Below are positions 51,561-63,679 of a stretch of DNA of 64,000 nucleotides, piece after piece. The stretch is from Camelus ferus (Eukaryota). The position numbers and the translations under genes were made by a program. Location: the NCBI RefSeq assembly GCF_009834535.1, contig NC_045696.1, positions 86,058,001 to 86,122,000 on the forward strand, written 5' to 3'. The notes beneath the pieces are model-generated. The model did not search any database and had not been told where the DNA came from. It saw nothing but the letters and a program-made list of their open reading frames with translations. Each line of letters begins with the position of its first letter. Position 1 is the stretch's first letter.

Positions 51561-52759
51561 ATACTGTCTCCTGGATGTTACCTGCCACTGTGTCACGTAA
51601 GACCAACTTAAAGCTTATGTCCAGCTATATGCACTGCCTCCTCAGCCCTGTTACTCTTCTATCTTCCTCTGTTTAAGACATGAATAACATTGCCACATAA
51701 TTCACAAGTGGCAAGAGTTCAATAAGGGGTCAATAAATATGCATTAATTAAGGAACCAGCATGTAGATAATGGGCAACTTGGCTTTCTAAAACTTACACT
51801 TACAGATATTAAAATCCTATTTATAAATACTCAGTTCAAAATATTTCTGACAACTTTTTTTCTTCAAAGTTTTTCAACAGGCAGTATCATCACAAGTTTT
51901 GTAAATACCTACACAGAATCCTTGGAAACAGTAGACAGAAAAGATGTCATTAATTTGACCAAAGTTCACAATTAGAAATATCTACAACTCTTCTGTTACT
52001 GGATTTAAATATAGCTTCAATTTAAGCACAAGATTATATGTTCATATATGGGCATTCTTGTCATTTTGACTCAGCTGTATTTCTAATATATAATTTCTGA
52101 ATGTGACTGTATTTCACATAGGATTTTTAAAAACTATTAGATAAGGAAACATTTATAGAATATTTCATTTACACCTTAATTAAATAGGTCAAATTAGAAT
52201 AAGGGCAAAATTTTGGTAGATCCCAACAGCATATTTATCCCTAGTCACAACTGAACATTCATGTATTCTTCTGTGAAATATTTGACAAAATATTTCTCAT
52301 TTTTAATGCTATCAGGAGAAAATTAATAAGTGCCAAACCAAGTTCCTGGAGTATATTTTCTAACAGAGAAAAATAACTTGTTTGAATTTTTAAAAAGTGT
52401 CACTTTCATCAATGTGTGCCTTTTAGACTTCTGAATTCTCATTTTGTTTATTACTCGAAATTACTACTTGCCAAATTGTATCACTATGTTGTGAGTGAAT
52501 CAGAGTAGTACAAATGTATTCAAAGCTGTCATATTTAGCACAAGAAGACTTGGAGCTTATTCAAATGAAAATCTAATCCTGCTGTTTACAAAGCTAGAAA
52601 ATGTGCTATTAAGTGCCAGGTTTATGGAATGAGAAAAAAGGTTAATGCATTTTCTCATTTTAAAGAAGGTAAAACATGGTTCATTAAATATAACATAGGT
52701 CTAAACTGAAACTCTAAGCTTAAATAGTTATCAATGAAATAATCTGAAATCACTGTATT

Positions 52760-52960
52760 ACATTCATTTCATTCTTTCCACTAATTTTTATTGAATACCA
52801 GTTGTGTGCAGGATACTTTGTAGCTTTTTGAGACTCAGCTTGCAGGAGGTGTAGGATCTAGTATGGGAAGTAAGACATGTATACAAATCCTCATATATAA
52901 TTATTTATAATTTAAAATTATAAGAAGATCACAGGAAGAAGAATGCTTTTAAAAGGGAAG
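52760..52960 (-). mobile_element. L2 3' end
   Basis: cattcatttcattc...tttattgaataccagttgtgtgcaggatact...tctagtatgggaagtaagacatg. Confidence 0.7.
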
Positions 52961-54149
52961 CTTGGGTGTGAAGATCTAAATATATCTTTCTCAAAGTTGA
53001 AGAAATCCCAGATTTGACCCCCAAAAAGTTTCAAAATAAAATATGAGCTTAATTTAGCAATTGACAGGAATCTCCATCAATAAGAGTACAGTTAAGAAAT
53101 GGAACTTGCTGTGGTTTACTTCCTAGACCAGATCTTTGTTTTGTGTCACAACCATTTGCCTCTGTTTTGTCAAATGACATTAGGATTACAGAAAGAACGG
53201 TGGAGGATAGCTGGGGCTAAGGATCACTTGAATGCTTTTGTGAACACTGTTGAACCTATCTAGTTTATAATAAAAATTTTATTTCAAATAGCACTTGCAA
53301 AATAAACCATTCTTAATGAGCAGAATCTTCTGCATTTATGCTGCAGTGTCACTTCTATAACAAATGTAAAATGTGGTTTTTCAGAAACTTTACTTTTAAT
53401 TTAAAGTCCTAGTCAATAAAATAAGAAATAGAATATAGATAAGCGTGAGTTTTTGGAGATAATAGCATTTATACTGACCAGCCACAAATAAATAATTCAA
53501 AATTATTATAATTTAATAAAGGTATTTGCTTCTTACCAGTGGCAATTATTTAATACTGGAGAACATACTGAAAGAAATCTTATTCATAAGTGTAATGGAA
53601 AGATAACATCTTACTTAACAAAAATTACAAAAATGTCTATAGCCTATGAGTAAAAAACCTAAATATGAAATGAAAGACAAAAAACTTGCAAAAATGGAAA
53701 TAGATACCCATACAGGAAAAACACCATGAGTATTATAGTCCTCATAGATTAATATTATGAATGTGACAATATTTTAAAAATTGGCATTTAGCTTCTTTGT
53801 AAATGACTTCTACAGGCACAAGAAATACTTTTAACTGGAAAAAAAATTCCAGAATACTTCTGAAGCCTTTCATTTAATTTAGAATATATATATATATCAG
53901 CCCTGCATTTTGATTCTACTGAATTGTAACAGAAGTTAGTCACTCAGTTTTGGTCTTGGAGAAAATAGAGAAGTGTCAACATCTCCATATACACAGTCCA
54001 CTGGGAGGCCCCTCACTGCACAAATTTGTTTTCTTTGCTTATCTGTAATGAATTAGCCTCATATTTCTTTCAGAGACAACTTCTTCCCTCATAATTCTTT
54101 GACTCTGAACTTACTGTTCACTAGACCCTCATGAAGAGATAGACAGGCT

Positions 54150-54702
54150 TTCAGACAAGCAGACTCTAAGTTGGTCCTCTGTGACCTTCACTCCCTGGTA
54201 CTCACACTCCTGTGTAATCCCATAGCCTTGAGTGGGCTGCCCTAGAGACTTGCTCCTAATGAATAGAATGCAGCAGAGGTGATGGCATGTTACTTCCATG
54301 TTTAGACACATAGGACTGTGCCTTTCATCTTGCTAGCAGACTCTCTCCCTTGCTGGATTTGGTGAAGCAAGTTGCCATATTAGAGGGGCTCACATGACAG
54401 GGAACTGAGGGTGGCCTCTAGCTGACAGTCCTCACAAGAGCTGAGGCCCTCAGTCCAACAACCTGCAAGGAACTGAATCCTGCCAACAACTTATGAGATT
54501 GGAAACAGATTCTTCCCCAGTGGAACCTCCACATGGACCTGAGCCATGGCTGACACCTTGAATAAAGTCTTGTGAGATACTCTGAAGAAACAGAATCCAG
54601 CCCAGAAACCTGGGTCACAGAAACTTAGAGCTACTCAGTATGCTTTGCTTTAAGCCTCTATGTCTGTGATAATTCTTTGCAGGGCAATAGACAAGTAATA
54701 TA
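54150..54702 (+). mobile_element. MaLR LTR (MLT1F-like)
   Basis: gcagactctaag...ctaatgaatagaatgcagcagaggtgatgg...gaggccctcagtccaacaacctgcaaggaactgaatcctgccaacaac...gcaatagacaagtaata. Confidence 0.9.
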
Positions 54703-55114
54703 TGCTCTTAGTCACTATAGCAAGACTGCTCCGGTAGTATGGTTTAGTCTCTGGCAATCTGAAAATTGAAAATTTCTTATTCACTCCTGACATTTTTTGC
54801 ATCTCATATACAATTATAAATTTATTATGATAAAAAGTAAACAAACAAACAAACATATACATAGAGGCATTGTCTCAAGAAGACTCTAAGGGGAGTATCA
54901 TGTCCAAGGAGAGAAGCAAAGTGCATTTGAGGTGATGCCTGGACTCAAGGACAGGCTTGTAAGAAAACAAAACAAAATAAAAATACGAAAAATAAAAAGA
55001 GAGAGAGAGAAACGGTGAGGAGAGGAGAGACGATTATGAATGAAATCTCAATTTCTGTATTAGATGTATATATGTACGCTATGAACAAACATTGTTTATA
55101 TCAACATTGGAAGT

Positions 55115-55970
55115 TGTTTTATGTGTCAAATAAGTCTTTTTCTTGGTTATTAATCTAGAGTAAACTGATGTCATGATATTTGCAGGAGAAAATATATTTC
55201 TAAACTGTTTCTGTGATTATTTTAATGACACTCTTAGCAGTAAAACTAATCTCACAGAGATGTGTTGACAAGAATGGAAGGAGAGATTTTAAAGCAATGT
55301 CAGAAACTTCTAGATATTTATGTTTAGCTTTCATGTCAAATGGTGTAAGTGATGCTATATTCTCAAGATTGTTTTTTCAGCCTTGTAAGTAGCAAATTCC
55401 AACACTTTATCCTTTCAATTTATATCTAAGTTCAGACTATCTTCTAATGAATGAAATGGATTCAAGATCCATGAATTTCATGAATAGATGCTTCTTTGAT
55501 AGAGAACCAAGTTCAAAATATTAATCCATAAGGTGATCAGCAATAAAGTCTACAAATGTTCAACATCAGTACTCACTCAGCTTATTGGTAGTTGTGATAA
55601 ATTACGGAACTTCTTATAACAATATGTAGAAAATCCGCTTTTCTAATATTATAAATGTTTTTAGGTTTTCCCTCTATGCTTTGAAATATTAAGATCATTA
55701 AAAACAGTATAGCTATCTTGATGTTCATTTCACATCTTAAAAAATTTGAGATCAAACTGATTTCTACTCTTGAAGAAACACAATTCATTTTGTAGATCAA
55801 ATATTCTTCTGAGAAACGTTCCCCATAATAGCCATCTTATCTCAACACACAATAACACTTGCAGTTTGCAATCTTTAATTTCACACATTAACATTTATCA
55901 CAAAACTGAGCATTTGCTTCAGCCAACGTTTTTTCATAGCAAGATAGTTACAATGAAGAAACTACTGTGC
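55115..55970 (-). mobile_element. Fossil hAT-Charlie transposase C-terminal half (Charlie10/Buster, ZBED9/SCAND3-like), disrupted by stops and frameshifts
   Basis: Minus-strand blocks in order: FLHCNYLAMKK (55961-55929), EIRWLLWGTFLRRIFDLQNEL (55843-55781), TVFNDLNIS (55708-55682), SWILNPF (~55470), ENIASLTPFDMKAKHKYLEVSDIALKSLLPFLSTHLCEISFTAKSVIK (55364-55221), HRNSL. These are the Charlie/Buster CxxH, RW, WIxNPF and dimerisation-domain motifs. Confidence 0.88.
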
Positions 55971-55979
55971 TGACTTACA

Positions 55980-56335
55980 GTCTGGCACAAGCTTCTTTAT
56001 CTGGCTGGCTACTCCAGAATGTTTTCCAGTCATTACATCTGTGCCATCAGGACATACTCCTAAAAACATTTAAAACTCCAAGCAACATTTGTTGTCTATA
56101 TAATCCTTCAGAATTGCATAGGATCAGAGTTAGTTCTATTTGTTGGCAATGAAGCTGAAAGAAAGAATACTTCCCTCATGTAACTACCACATTTAAACAA
56201 CTTCTACTAAAGGATTTGCCATGTTGGTGACGTCTTTACTTTGACAGGGTATGTGTTTATCCTCTGAATTGGTTTTCCTTACCATTAGCCACAGCCTAAC
56301 TAAATACAATAGATTCACCAAACATTTCCAAAACA
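55980..56335 (+). mobile_element. L2 3' fragments
   Basis: tgacagggtatgtgtttatcctc...ccacagcctaactaaatacaatagattcaccaaacattt. Confidence 0.5.
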
Positions 56336-56545
56336 AAATCACTGATCAAGTTTAAAATTCTCACTGATATCTTTGAAACAAAAGCATACTGATTAAAATG
56401 TAATGATGAATTTCTCTCTCAGTGATTCTTTTGGCTTTAGCCAGTATGCCCAACCAGGCATGTCTGAATTCTGTTCATGGATGTTGAAAATGTAGCACAT
56501 AATAATTAAGTTGATTGATCTTTTTAAAATGTTCAGATGTCTAAA

Positions 56546-56646
56546 TATCTCTCTATATCTATCTATCTATCTATCATCTATCTATCTATCTATCTAGATA
56601 TCTATCTATCTATCTATCTAGATATCTATATCTATATCTATATATA
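56546..56646. repeat. Interrupted (TCTA)n/(TCTATA)n microsatellite
   Basis: Read directly from the sequence. Confidence 0.95.
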
Positions 56647-56974
56647 ACTTCTAAATCTATCCATATTCATCTATCTGGATCTGTATAACTATTGCTTTAG
56701 ATTCACTTGTAAAGTCTTACAAAATTCCTAAGGGGAAATCAATACATAACATTACTTTGTTGTTCATGAGATCAGTACCATGCTAATGCCATATAGGCTC
56801 ATATCTTTAGGAGATATACAAAGTATATAACAAATATGTACATGAGTTATTTTAGAGACTGTCGCTTATGGTAAAATTAAGCAATTATTTAATCTACTAT
56901 CCACTGAATATGTTAATAGTATTAGGAATACATGTAATAGTGTCATTAGAAACTCCTGTGTTGTGGACCAATTC

Positions 56975-57150
56975 ATGACAAGAGGTCTGAAACCCGGGTT
57001 CTATTTCCTGCATTTGTCCTTTGCCAGTTCTCCAAGTCATTTATGTTACTCAAGCTTCATTCTCATTTGTAAAGGAGGAGAATGATACTGACTTCAAAAG
57101 ATATTGTATAATTTATGAAAAAGTGTTTTGAAATGCTCTTGAAAATATAC
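56975..57150 (+). mobile_element. MIR SINE
   Basis: gaaacccgggttctatttcctgc...caagtcattta...cttcattctcatttgtaaagg. Confidence 0.7.
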
Positions 57151-57169
57151 AATAGTAAAAGTGATAAGG

Positions 57170-58030
57170 TACTTAACCTGGAGTAGCACACAAAGCACTT
57201 AGGGATATACACCAAACATAGAATGTAAAAGAGGAGAGTGTATTTCTGGTCTTTGCCCTGCTTACTCTGACTGTGGGTACTCTCTCCCCCAAAACCCATC
57301 TCTTTTGGTATCCTTGCCTTGAGGACTGATAATTTACAAAGAAATCCTGTAGCCTCAGCAATTCCTTCTGGTAGAAGCTTAGATCAAAATCTTTAGATTC
57401 AGGGTCCAGTGTCCTAAACAGGCTTGTCTGAATTCTCCTTGACCCCACAAATCTTGAGCAAACTCTGAGCCCCAGTGTAGTACCACACACCTTGTGCTTG
57501 GATGTGTGTCCTGTTCCTTCTCTCCAGTGAATTGAAATTGGTGTAACAGCCCAGCCCCTTTAAAACTGAGACTCTGAATTCCAGCCTTTCTGGTTATAGT
57601 AGGAAAATTCTGTGTAATTCTTACTACTTTCTCCTCTAAGGCCTATGAAATGCCCTAGAAGTGTCTACTAAAAATACTGAAACCTTTCCATTTAGAGCCA
57701 TATATCCCTTACCAAGATACAGAACCTTTCAACTAACCAGCCTCAGGACTCCTTGTTGCCCTGTCTCTTCTACCTGATTGGATCATGATTTGGGCATTTT
57801 CTTATCAAGTTCTGTGTAATTACCTAACTGCAGTAAGTCACTGTTAGTTACTGAACACTGTTCTAGGACCTGGTAGAGTCATTCCTTCCCAGCCACCCAC
57901 GGCTGGCTTGTACCACAGGCTACTCGGTCTTCTCCTCCCACAGTCTGCTTGGCAGTTGGTCTGAAGTCTGGGCTGAACAGTGACCAAAGGTGAGGGAGCA
58001 TATGTATGCCTATGGGAGAATCAGACACCA
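57170..58030. mobile_element. Probable ancient LTR element (family not assigned)
   Basis: An ~850-bp more GC-rich block with LTR-like composition. No confident termini. Confidence 0.3.
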
Positions 58031-59924
58031 TGTTTCTGTAACAGATTTGTATTTCATAAGTTTTTGGAGTAGGGTTGGCAGTTCATTTTTCAAAATTTCT
58101 TTAGTTATATGTCAAAATCATTAACGATGTGACCATTGAATCAGTTTGAAAACCCTCACAAAACTGGAATATTCTATAATGTTTTGGTATCTTGTTTTAT
58201 TTAATCTTCTATGTCTGAAATACTGTCTGAAAAGTCAAAAACAGTTTAAAATGTCAACCTAATGTCTATTAACCTACTTGCAGTTGCTAGTAAGGCATTA
58301 AAATAATTTATGAGCAATGTTATACAAAATTTATATATAATTTGTATATGATGTCCTGGGAATAAAAACTCTTCTATATTCTGTTTTTTTAATTTCAATA
58401 TTTTTATATGTATTTTTAGGTAATTTTCAGGAAAAAAATATATATCCCTAGATTCTTTATCAGAAGTCAAAAATGTAAATTCAATAGAAAGTACAATATG
58501 CATACCTTATTTGAGCACTCTAAAATTTAAAGATAAATGCTAAAATTTGACTTTTGATGCCAAAATACTTTTTGTTTTAAACTGATTATAGGTAGGATTG
58601 CCCAAGCAACGTTAATGAGAACCTGAATTTCCTTTTTCTATTTTTGTGTAAACTCAAAATCAGTATATCCATTTGGAATAATGCATTCTGAAGAATTAGC
58701 AGAAATTTAATATACTCCTTGGCAAAGTACTGGAAGTCACTAAACTGTGTAGGTTGTATGAATAATTTTTATCTTAATGTCTTTCTGATTATTAGGTCAA
58801 ATCCCTTCACCAAAATTAATAATGAAAGTTCTTTTTCAAGAAATCACTAGCAAAACCCAGTAAGAGTAAGTCAGCTGATGGTATTCATTTATCCTTCTTG
58901 CCTCACTTTAGGTCACTGGATCAAGATGAAACTACCAGACCTCAGTTGACCTAATTACACATAGAATCTTATTAAGCCAGCTGTAAAGAAAATGAGGGGA
59001 AAAGAATGCTTAGCCAGAAAATGACGAACTGAAGCCTGGGATAACACTATATATTGGAATGAGTTGTTTATCTGAGTGGCAGCTGGGACTGAGCTAATAG
59101 CACACAGAGTGAAGGTAAGTCAGTGTTATCTGTATTATGGAGAGTCAGTTGGAAGGACAGTAGTCCAAATTGACAGGCAAAATTTCAATCTCTACGTAGG
59201 GTCTCCAGGTTAGATACATACATGATGTCAGAAGTTCACATAGACAGCTATGGAAGTAAAGATGGAGACAGTTACATAGAGTGGAATCTATTTTTAGGTC
59301 TTTTACTAGAAACTGGAAAATAAGAGGAGAGATTACAAATAGGAAATACTAAAAGAATGTGATGGGGAGACTTGTAGGCAAGCATATAATCAAAATAAAT
59401 TAAATTACCATATTCATTACATAATTAAACATTCAAGAAATTTGTGCAATAGGGTGGTAAAAGAAAGGGTATAATAGATACTCTGAATTCTGATCAAATA
59501 AAGCTAGTGAAAATGAAATAAAAATGAATTTATGAAAAATTTATTTAGTTATGTATACACAAAATATTTACAAAAATATTTTTTAACCTACAGATATCAT
59601 CCAGAAGTATAATAATGGTACAAGTGTAATTTTTCCTAGAAAAAAATAGGCTGTTTTTGTCTACTTAGCAGAGTTTCCTTTTTTTAGTCAAATATTTAAA
59701 CTAAGCCTATTTAACCTCTTTGTTATTGAACAAACGTTCTTCTGAACATTCTAAATGGATTGCTAGACAGTGTAGGTTAGTGGCTAAAAATATTAATATG
59801 GGTATATTTATTAGCACTGTCAATGTTTTCTCCATCAGATGATATTCTGATCCTTGTTGCTATCAAAGCCAGGTTCAAATGTACCACAGTCAAGTTGCTC
59901 ACTAAGTACTCCCTTTATCAAGTT

Positions 59925-60840
59925 GTCTATCAGTGAAGACGCTTTCAGTTGCAAGTTACAGAATATGTGACTATGGTGAAAAGCCTGAAATTAAGTTTCA
60001 ATATTATATGCTGCTGTAATGGCTTAACCACAAGTTCCCCTCCTTACTCTGCTCCTGCATTGAAAGTCCCCTAGCCAAACAACCTTTCTGACCAAATGGA
60101 TGGAATGCGCATCTTGTTTGTCCCTGGGTATCTGTTTTCAGTACCCTACTAGTATCCAGATTATTCAAACTAGCTAATCACATATTCCTTGGGAACCAGA
60201 GTGCACCTCACCCTTTTGATAATACAGAGTCTCCCTTAGCACCACTGTTCCTGAGTGCAACATCCTTGTAGCCCTGCATGGCATGCAGTATCCTCTACCC
60301 CGGTTGCTGATCACATATGGCCAGAGTGGGCTCTTATGTTCAGCCATCCTCATAGAATCCCTCCTCTACCAGTGGGATGAAGAGGTGATTCAAACAGTAA
60401 AGATTTAGCCATTTCACATAATAAGCCCAGAAGTAGTCTTTTCATGGCTGTTTCAATGTCTCAACACAATGATTAAGTACTTAAGCTCATTCAAGTCTTT
60501 TCAAGCTTTCAGGTGCCTATCTACGTAGCTGCTAAAGCTCTCATTTTACTATTTTTCCCCCCATCTTTGCTGTCTTTAAGATAACAAATTTTATATTCAG
60601 GCTTATTTCATTGTTTTGCTCCTGGCATCATCATGTTCTCACATAACTAACTACATTCTGTAGTAAAATGCAAATGGGCCAAACAGAGAAGGAATGATGT
60701 TCTTCTTGCATCTTTCTGTAACTCAGAAAGGAAAAATTGTCTTAGAATCCATTGTCTCCACCTTAGCATAGGCAACAAATAGGACCAACCATAATGGCTA
60801 TATACTAGATTGGTGAACAGAAGAATATTAATTATAGGTG
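59925..60840 (-). mobile_element. MaLR LTR (MLT1K/L-like), split by a MER74-type LTR
   Basis: Starts tgtctatcagtgaagacgctttcagttgcaagttacagaa and resumes at 60397 with tttcacataataagcccagaagtag...gctcctggcatca. Confidence 0.65.
59977..60396 (+). mobile_element. ERVL LTR (MER73/MER74 family)
   Basis: TG...CA termini; aatggcttaaccacaagttcccctcc...gtcccctagccaaacaacc...attattcaaactagctaatcacat...gccctgcatggcatgcag. Confidence 0.8.
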
Positions 60841-60965
60841 AGTACAAATCTCCAAGCAATAGATGCATTTTTATATATAGATGTATACACTGATTTCATT
60901 TATTATCAAAAAATCATTATTCTTTTAAACCAAATTATTTTATTTTCAAATGAAATCACCACAGG

Positions 60966-61625
60966 TATTACTGAAATGAACCCAGGTTTGCTCCTCTGTG
61001 TGCAGCAAAGCCAGTCAATCTACTGACACTGGATTGTGGTGAAGGAAATTACAGCATTTATTTCAGGGCACCAAAGAAGCAAAATAGACAGCTAATGCTT
61101 AAAAGACCCAAACTCCCTGAGGACTTTCAGGGAAGGGTTTTTAAGGCAACATTAGGGGTGAAGGTTGCAGGGAGTAGGATCAATTCATGGGCTTTCTTCT
61201 GATTGGTTGGTGGTGAAGTAAAAACATGATGTTTAGGGAATCTTCATCATCAACTTTCTGGTTCCAACCATTCTGGGGTCTACTTGCTTGTGATCAGCAT
61301 GAGTCACCATCCTTCAACTGAGTTGGGGTCTTAGTTCCTGCAGAACAACTCAAAGATATGCGTCAGATTGTTATGTATATGTTGAGGGAGAACTAGGACT
61401 CTGTTTTATTGCTGAACTATTGTTCAAGCTATCATTACTCTTACTGCTTGACTGCTTTTCTTTTGTTTCTGCATTCCCTCGCTTCCCTAATTAATGGCTG
61501 TTTGTGCCTGCTCTTTGGAACTCTAGAAGGCTTAGGATACTAAAGTGTTCTTCCTACAAACAGGAAATGGGGGACATGGTGGGGTCTGTCACTGGGAAGG
61601 TAACACAGGGTCTTTCTTGGTTTCA
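60966..61625 (-). mobile_element. Full-length ERV1 solo LTR (MER41-like, laurasiatherian/cetartiodactyl type)
   Basis: 4-bp TSD CAGG at 60962-60965 and 61626-61629. The minus strand starts TGAAACCAAGAAAGACCCTGTG... and carries CCAAT (61202-61206), TATA-like TTAAAAA (61138-61144) and AATAAA (61057-61062). Confidence 0.85.
61126..61134. promoter_or_regulatory. GAS/STAT consensus motif TTCAGGGAA within the MER41-like LTR
   Basis: Matches TTCN3GAA. Function not shown. Confidence 0.4.
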
Positions 61626-61684
61626 CAGGTAAATCATAACTGATGATAGCTTTCAGTTACGTGAAAGATATCACAGGCTAGACC

Positions 61685-61975
61685 AGTAACAAGTGTTGTA
61701 TTATGTAACAGATTAAATAAGTCCATACATGCAAGGCCAAGAGAACTGGGCACTTAGTATCACTTGCTAGATGGTAGCTAGTGTAGAAATAGAAGTAGAA
61801 CATTTCATTTCATCAATTCATAATTCCTATGAGTTAGGTTTAATTTTCCTCATTTTATAAATTAGGAAGCACAAACACAGAGAAGGTAAGTGATGTGTTC
61901 TCTGTATTCAGACACTGGCAAGTTAAAGTCAACTTTCACACTCAGGCTATTGTAGTCTAATGGCTTGATCTTTTC
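61685..61975. mobile_element. MIR fragments (plus-strand 3' end, then minus-strand core)
   Basis: gattaaataagtccatacatgcaagg...ctgggcacttagta, and cctcattttataaattaggaa...acagagaaggtaagtgat. Confidence 0.65.
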
Positions 61976-62199
61976 AGTTAGGGGAGGACTGGTAGAATTC
62001 CTGATATTATTATGTGGAAACTCATCTTTTGGGAGATCAAATGGGCCTTGATCTGGCTTGGAAATTAATTAAAATTTCTGGGGAAAAAATCACTTTCAGC
62101 CTTTTATTTTATTACAGAAAATAAAAGTCCTCTTCAACTTTACTTTCTTCATGTGGAAAGCCAAGAAAGAGTCCATTTACCAGAAATAACAAATATTTC

Positions 62200-62798
62200 T
62201 CCTCCAGGCACTTTCTTCCTATTCCCCCACCTCTTTCTCAAGGACCCCTAACTGACTGTTATAAAGGAGCTTCTTTCCCAAGCCACATGGCCCTGCCCCT
62301 GAACCACAGGAACTACCAGTTAGGACCGTGATGAGTAGCTTGATCAACCAGGCTAACTGGAGTCTCTCCCTGGAATTTGAAGATAGAACTGAATATTTCT
62401 AGTGAGGCTCTATCAAGCCTGTGAATTAGAAAGTCACATAGAAGGAAGGCTGGGCCAGGTCCATAGAAAGATGGTCAGATGAAATAGAAGAAGGAAGCAG
62501 ATAAAAAAGAAAAACAGAAGGGAGAAATAGAGAATGAAATTGTCTAACTCTAGAGAAGAGGAATACTGAGAGGCAGAAAGAGCCAGTAGGGGACAGCGAG
62601 AACAAAGTTAAGAGTGAGAAAAGAGAGCTTTCTCTTCCTCTGGACTTGCTAGTTCCTGGAGTCAGCCTTTCCAAAACCTCACTGAGATTTACAGCATTGG
62701 GTCTCATACCATATCATTCTAAAAATCTCCCTGTTGACTTTAACCTAACTTGCTTTGTCCTCTTTCTTGGAGCTGAAGGAGCCTCATACGAAGAAACA
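62200..62798 (+). mobile_element. Ancient MaLR LTR (MLT1M/N/O-like)
   Basis: ccaggctaactggagtctctccctggaatttg...gagaggcagaaagagcc...ctagttcctgga...ctaaaaatctccctgttgactttaacctaactt. Confidence 0.5.
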
Positions 62799-63636
62799 AA
62801 AATGCAAATACACACTGAATTCAGTTCTGAAAAGTCACAAGATGAATGAGTTTTATATTTTTGGAAATACTAATTTTATTGTACTTAGGAAACTGTAAAC
62901 TGCATTTTACCACAGATTGCACTGGCTATATTCTGCTCAATATGCTTAGTTTATATTTCCCAATTGACATGAGAAAACATCTATGTAGATTCAGCTTACT
63001 CACATATAATCTGGTAATTATAACACCTTAATACAAAATCTGAAATAAATTACAAAAAGCAGTTTCCACAATAATTGGAAAAAATGCTCATGCATATTTA
63101 TTACTCTGAGTTCCTCAAAGATTATTCTTTTCACATATCCCCTCTTCATGGAAACTATGAAATCTGAAGGATAAAAACAAAAACATCAAGCATGCAAATG
63201 TGTAGTGGTGCTATAAACACGCTCTTGTTTTTTCCTAACACTTCACTTTCTATCCTTTTCCAGAGAAGCAATCAACTGACATATATAATATTCCAATACA
63301 CTTTACCCACTGAAATGTTGGTATATTTGGCACTCAACTGTGTCAGATTTCACCAGCATCCAGATTTTTAAATGCATGACTGACAAATGATTTTCAGGAA
63401 ACAGTCCACTCATATAAATTGTGTTGATTTAATAGTATAAAATAAGTAAGGTGAACAGGCTTGGGTTTTGGAAATATTTGGGAGTTCATTTTAAGAACCA
63501 ACAATTATTTAGTTTTTTAATTCCTGACATATATAGTGAAAAGTGTTGAAGATACTATGAAAAAAATGAAGACATCATATCAGGTAGCTATGTTAAAATA
63601 AACTCCTAACTTTCTCTGCTGGAGATATCAGACCTC

Positions 63637-63679
63637 AAGAAATAGAATAAAAATTTTAAAAAAAGAAATAGAATAAAAA
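63637..63679 (+). repeat. 17-bp direct repeat (AAGAAATAGAATAAAAA) flanking a 9-bp ttttaaaaa insert; probable tail-only retrotransposon scar
   Basis: Identical 17-mers at 63637-63653 and 63663-63679. Confidence 0.65.

Noticed and set aside
1512..63031. All ORFs in the supplied six-frame track (60-121 aa)
   Set aside because: They are short and low-complexity (rich in F, L, I, K), many begin at non-ATG starts, and many lie within L1, LTR or MER repeats. None resembles a known protein in the listed frame, and such ORFs are expected by chance in AT-rich DNA.
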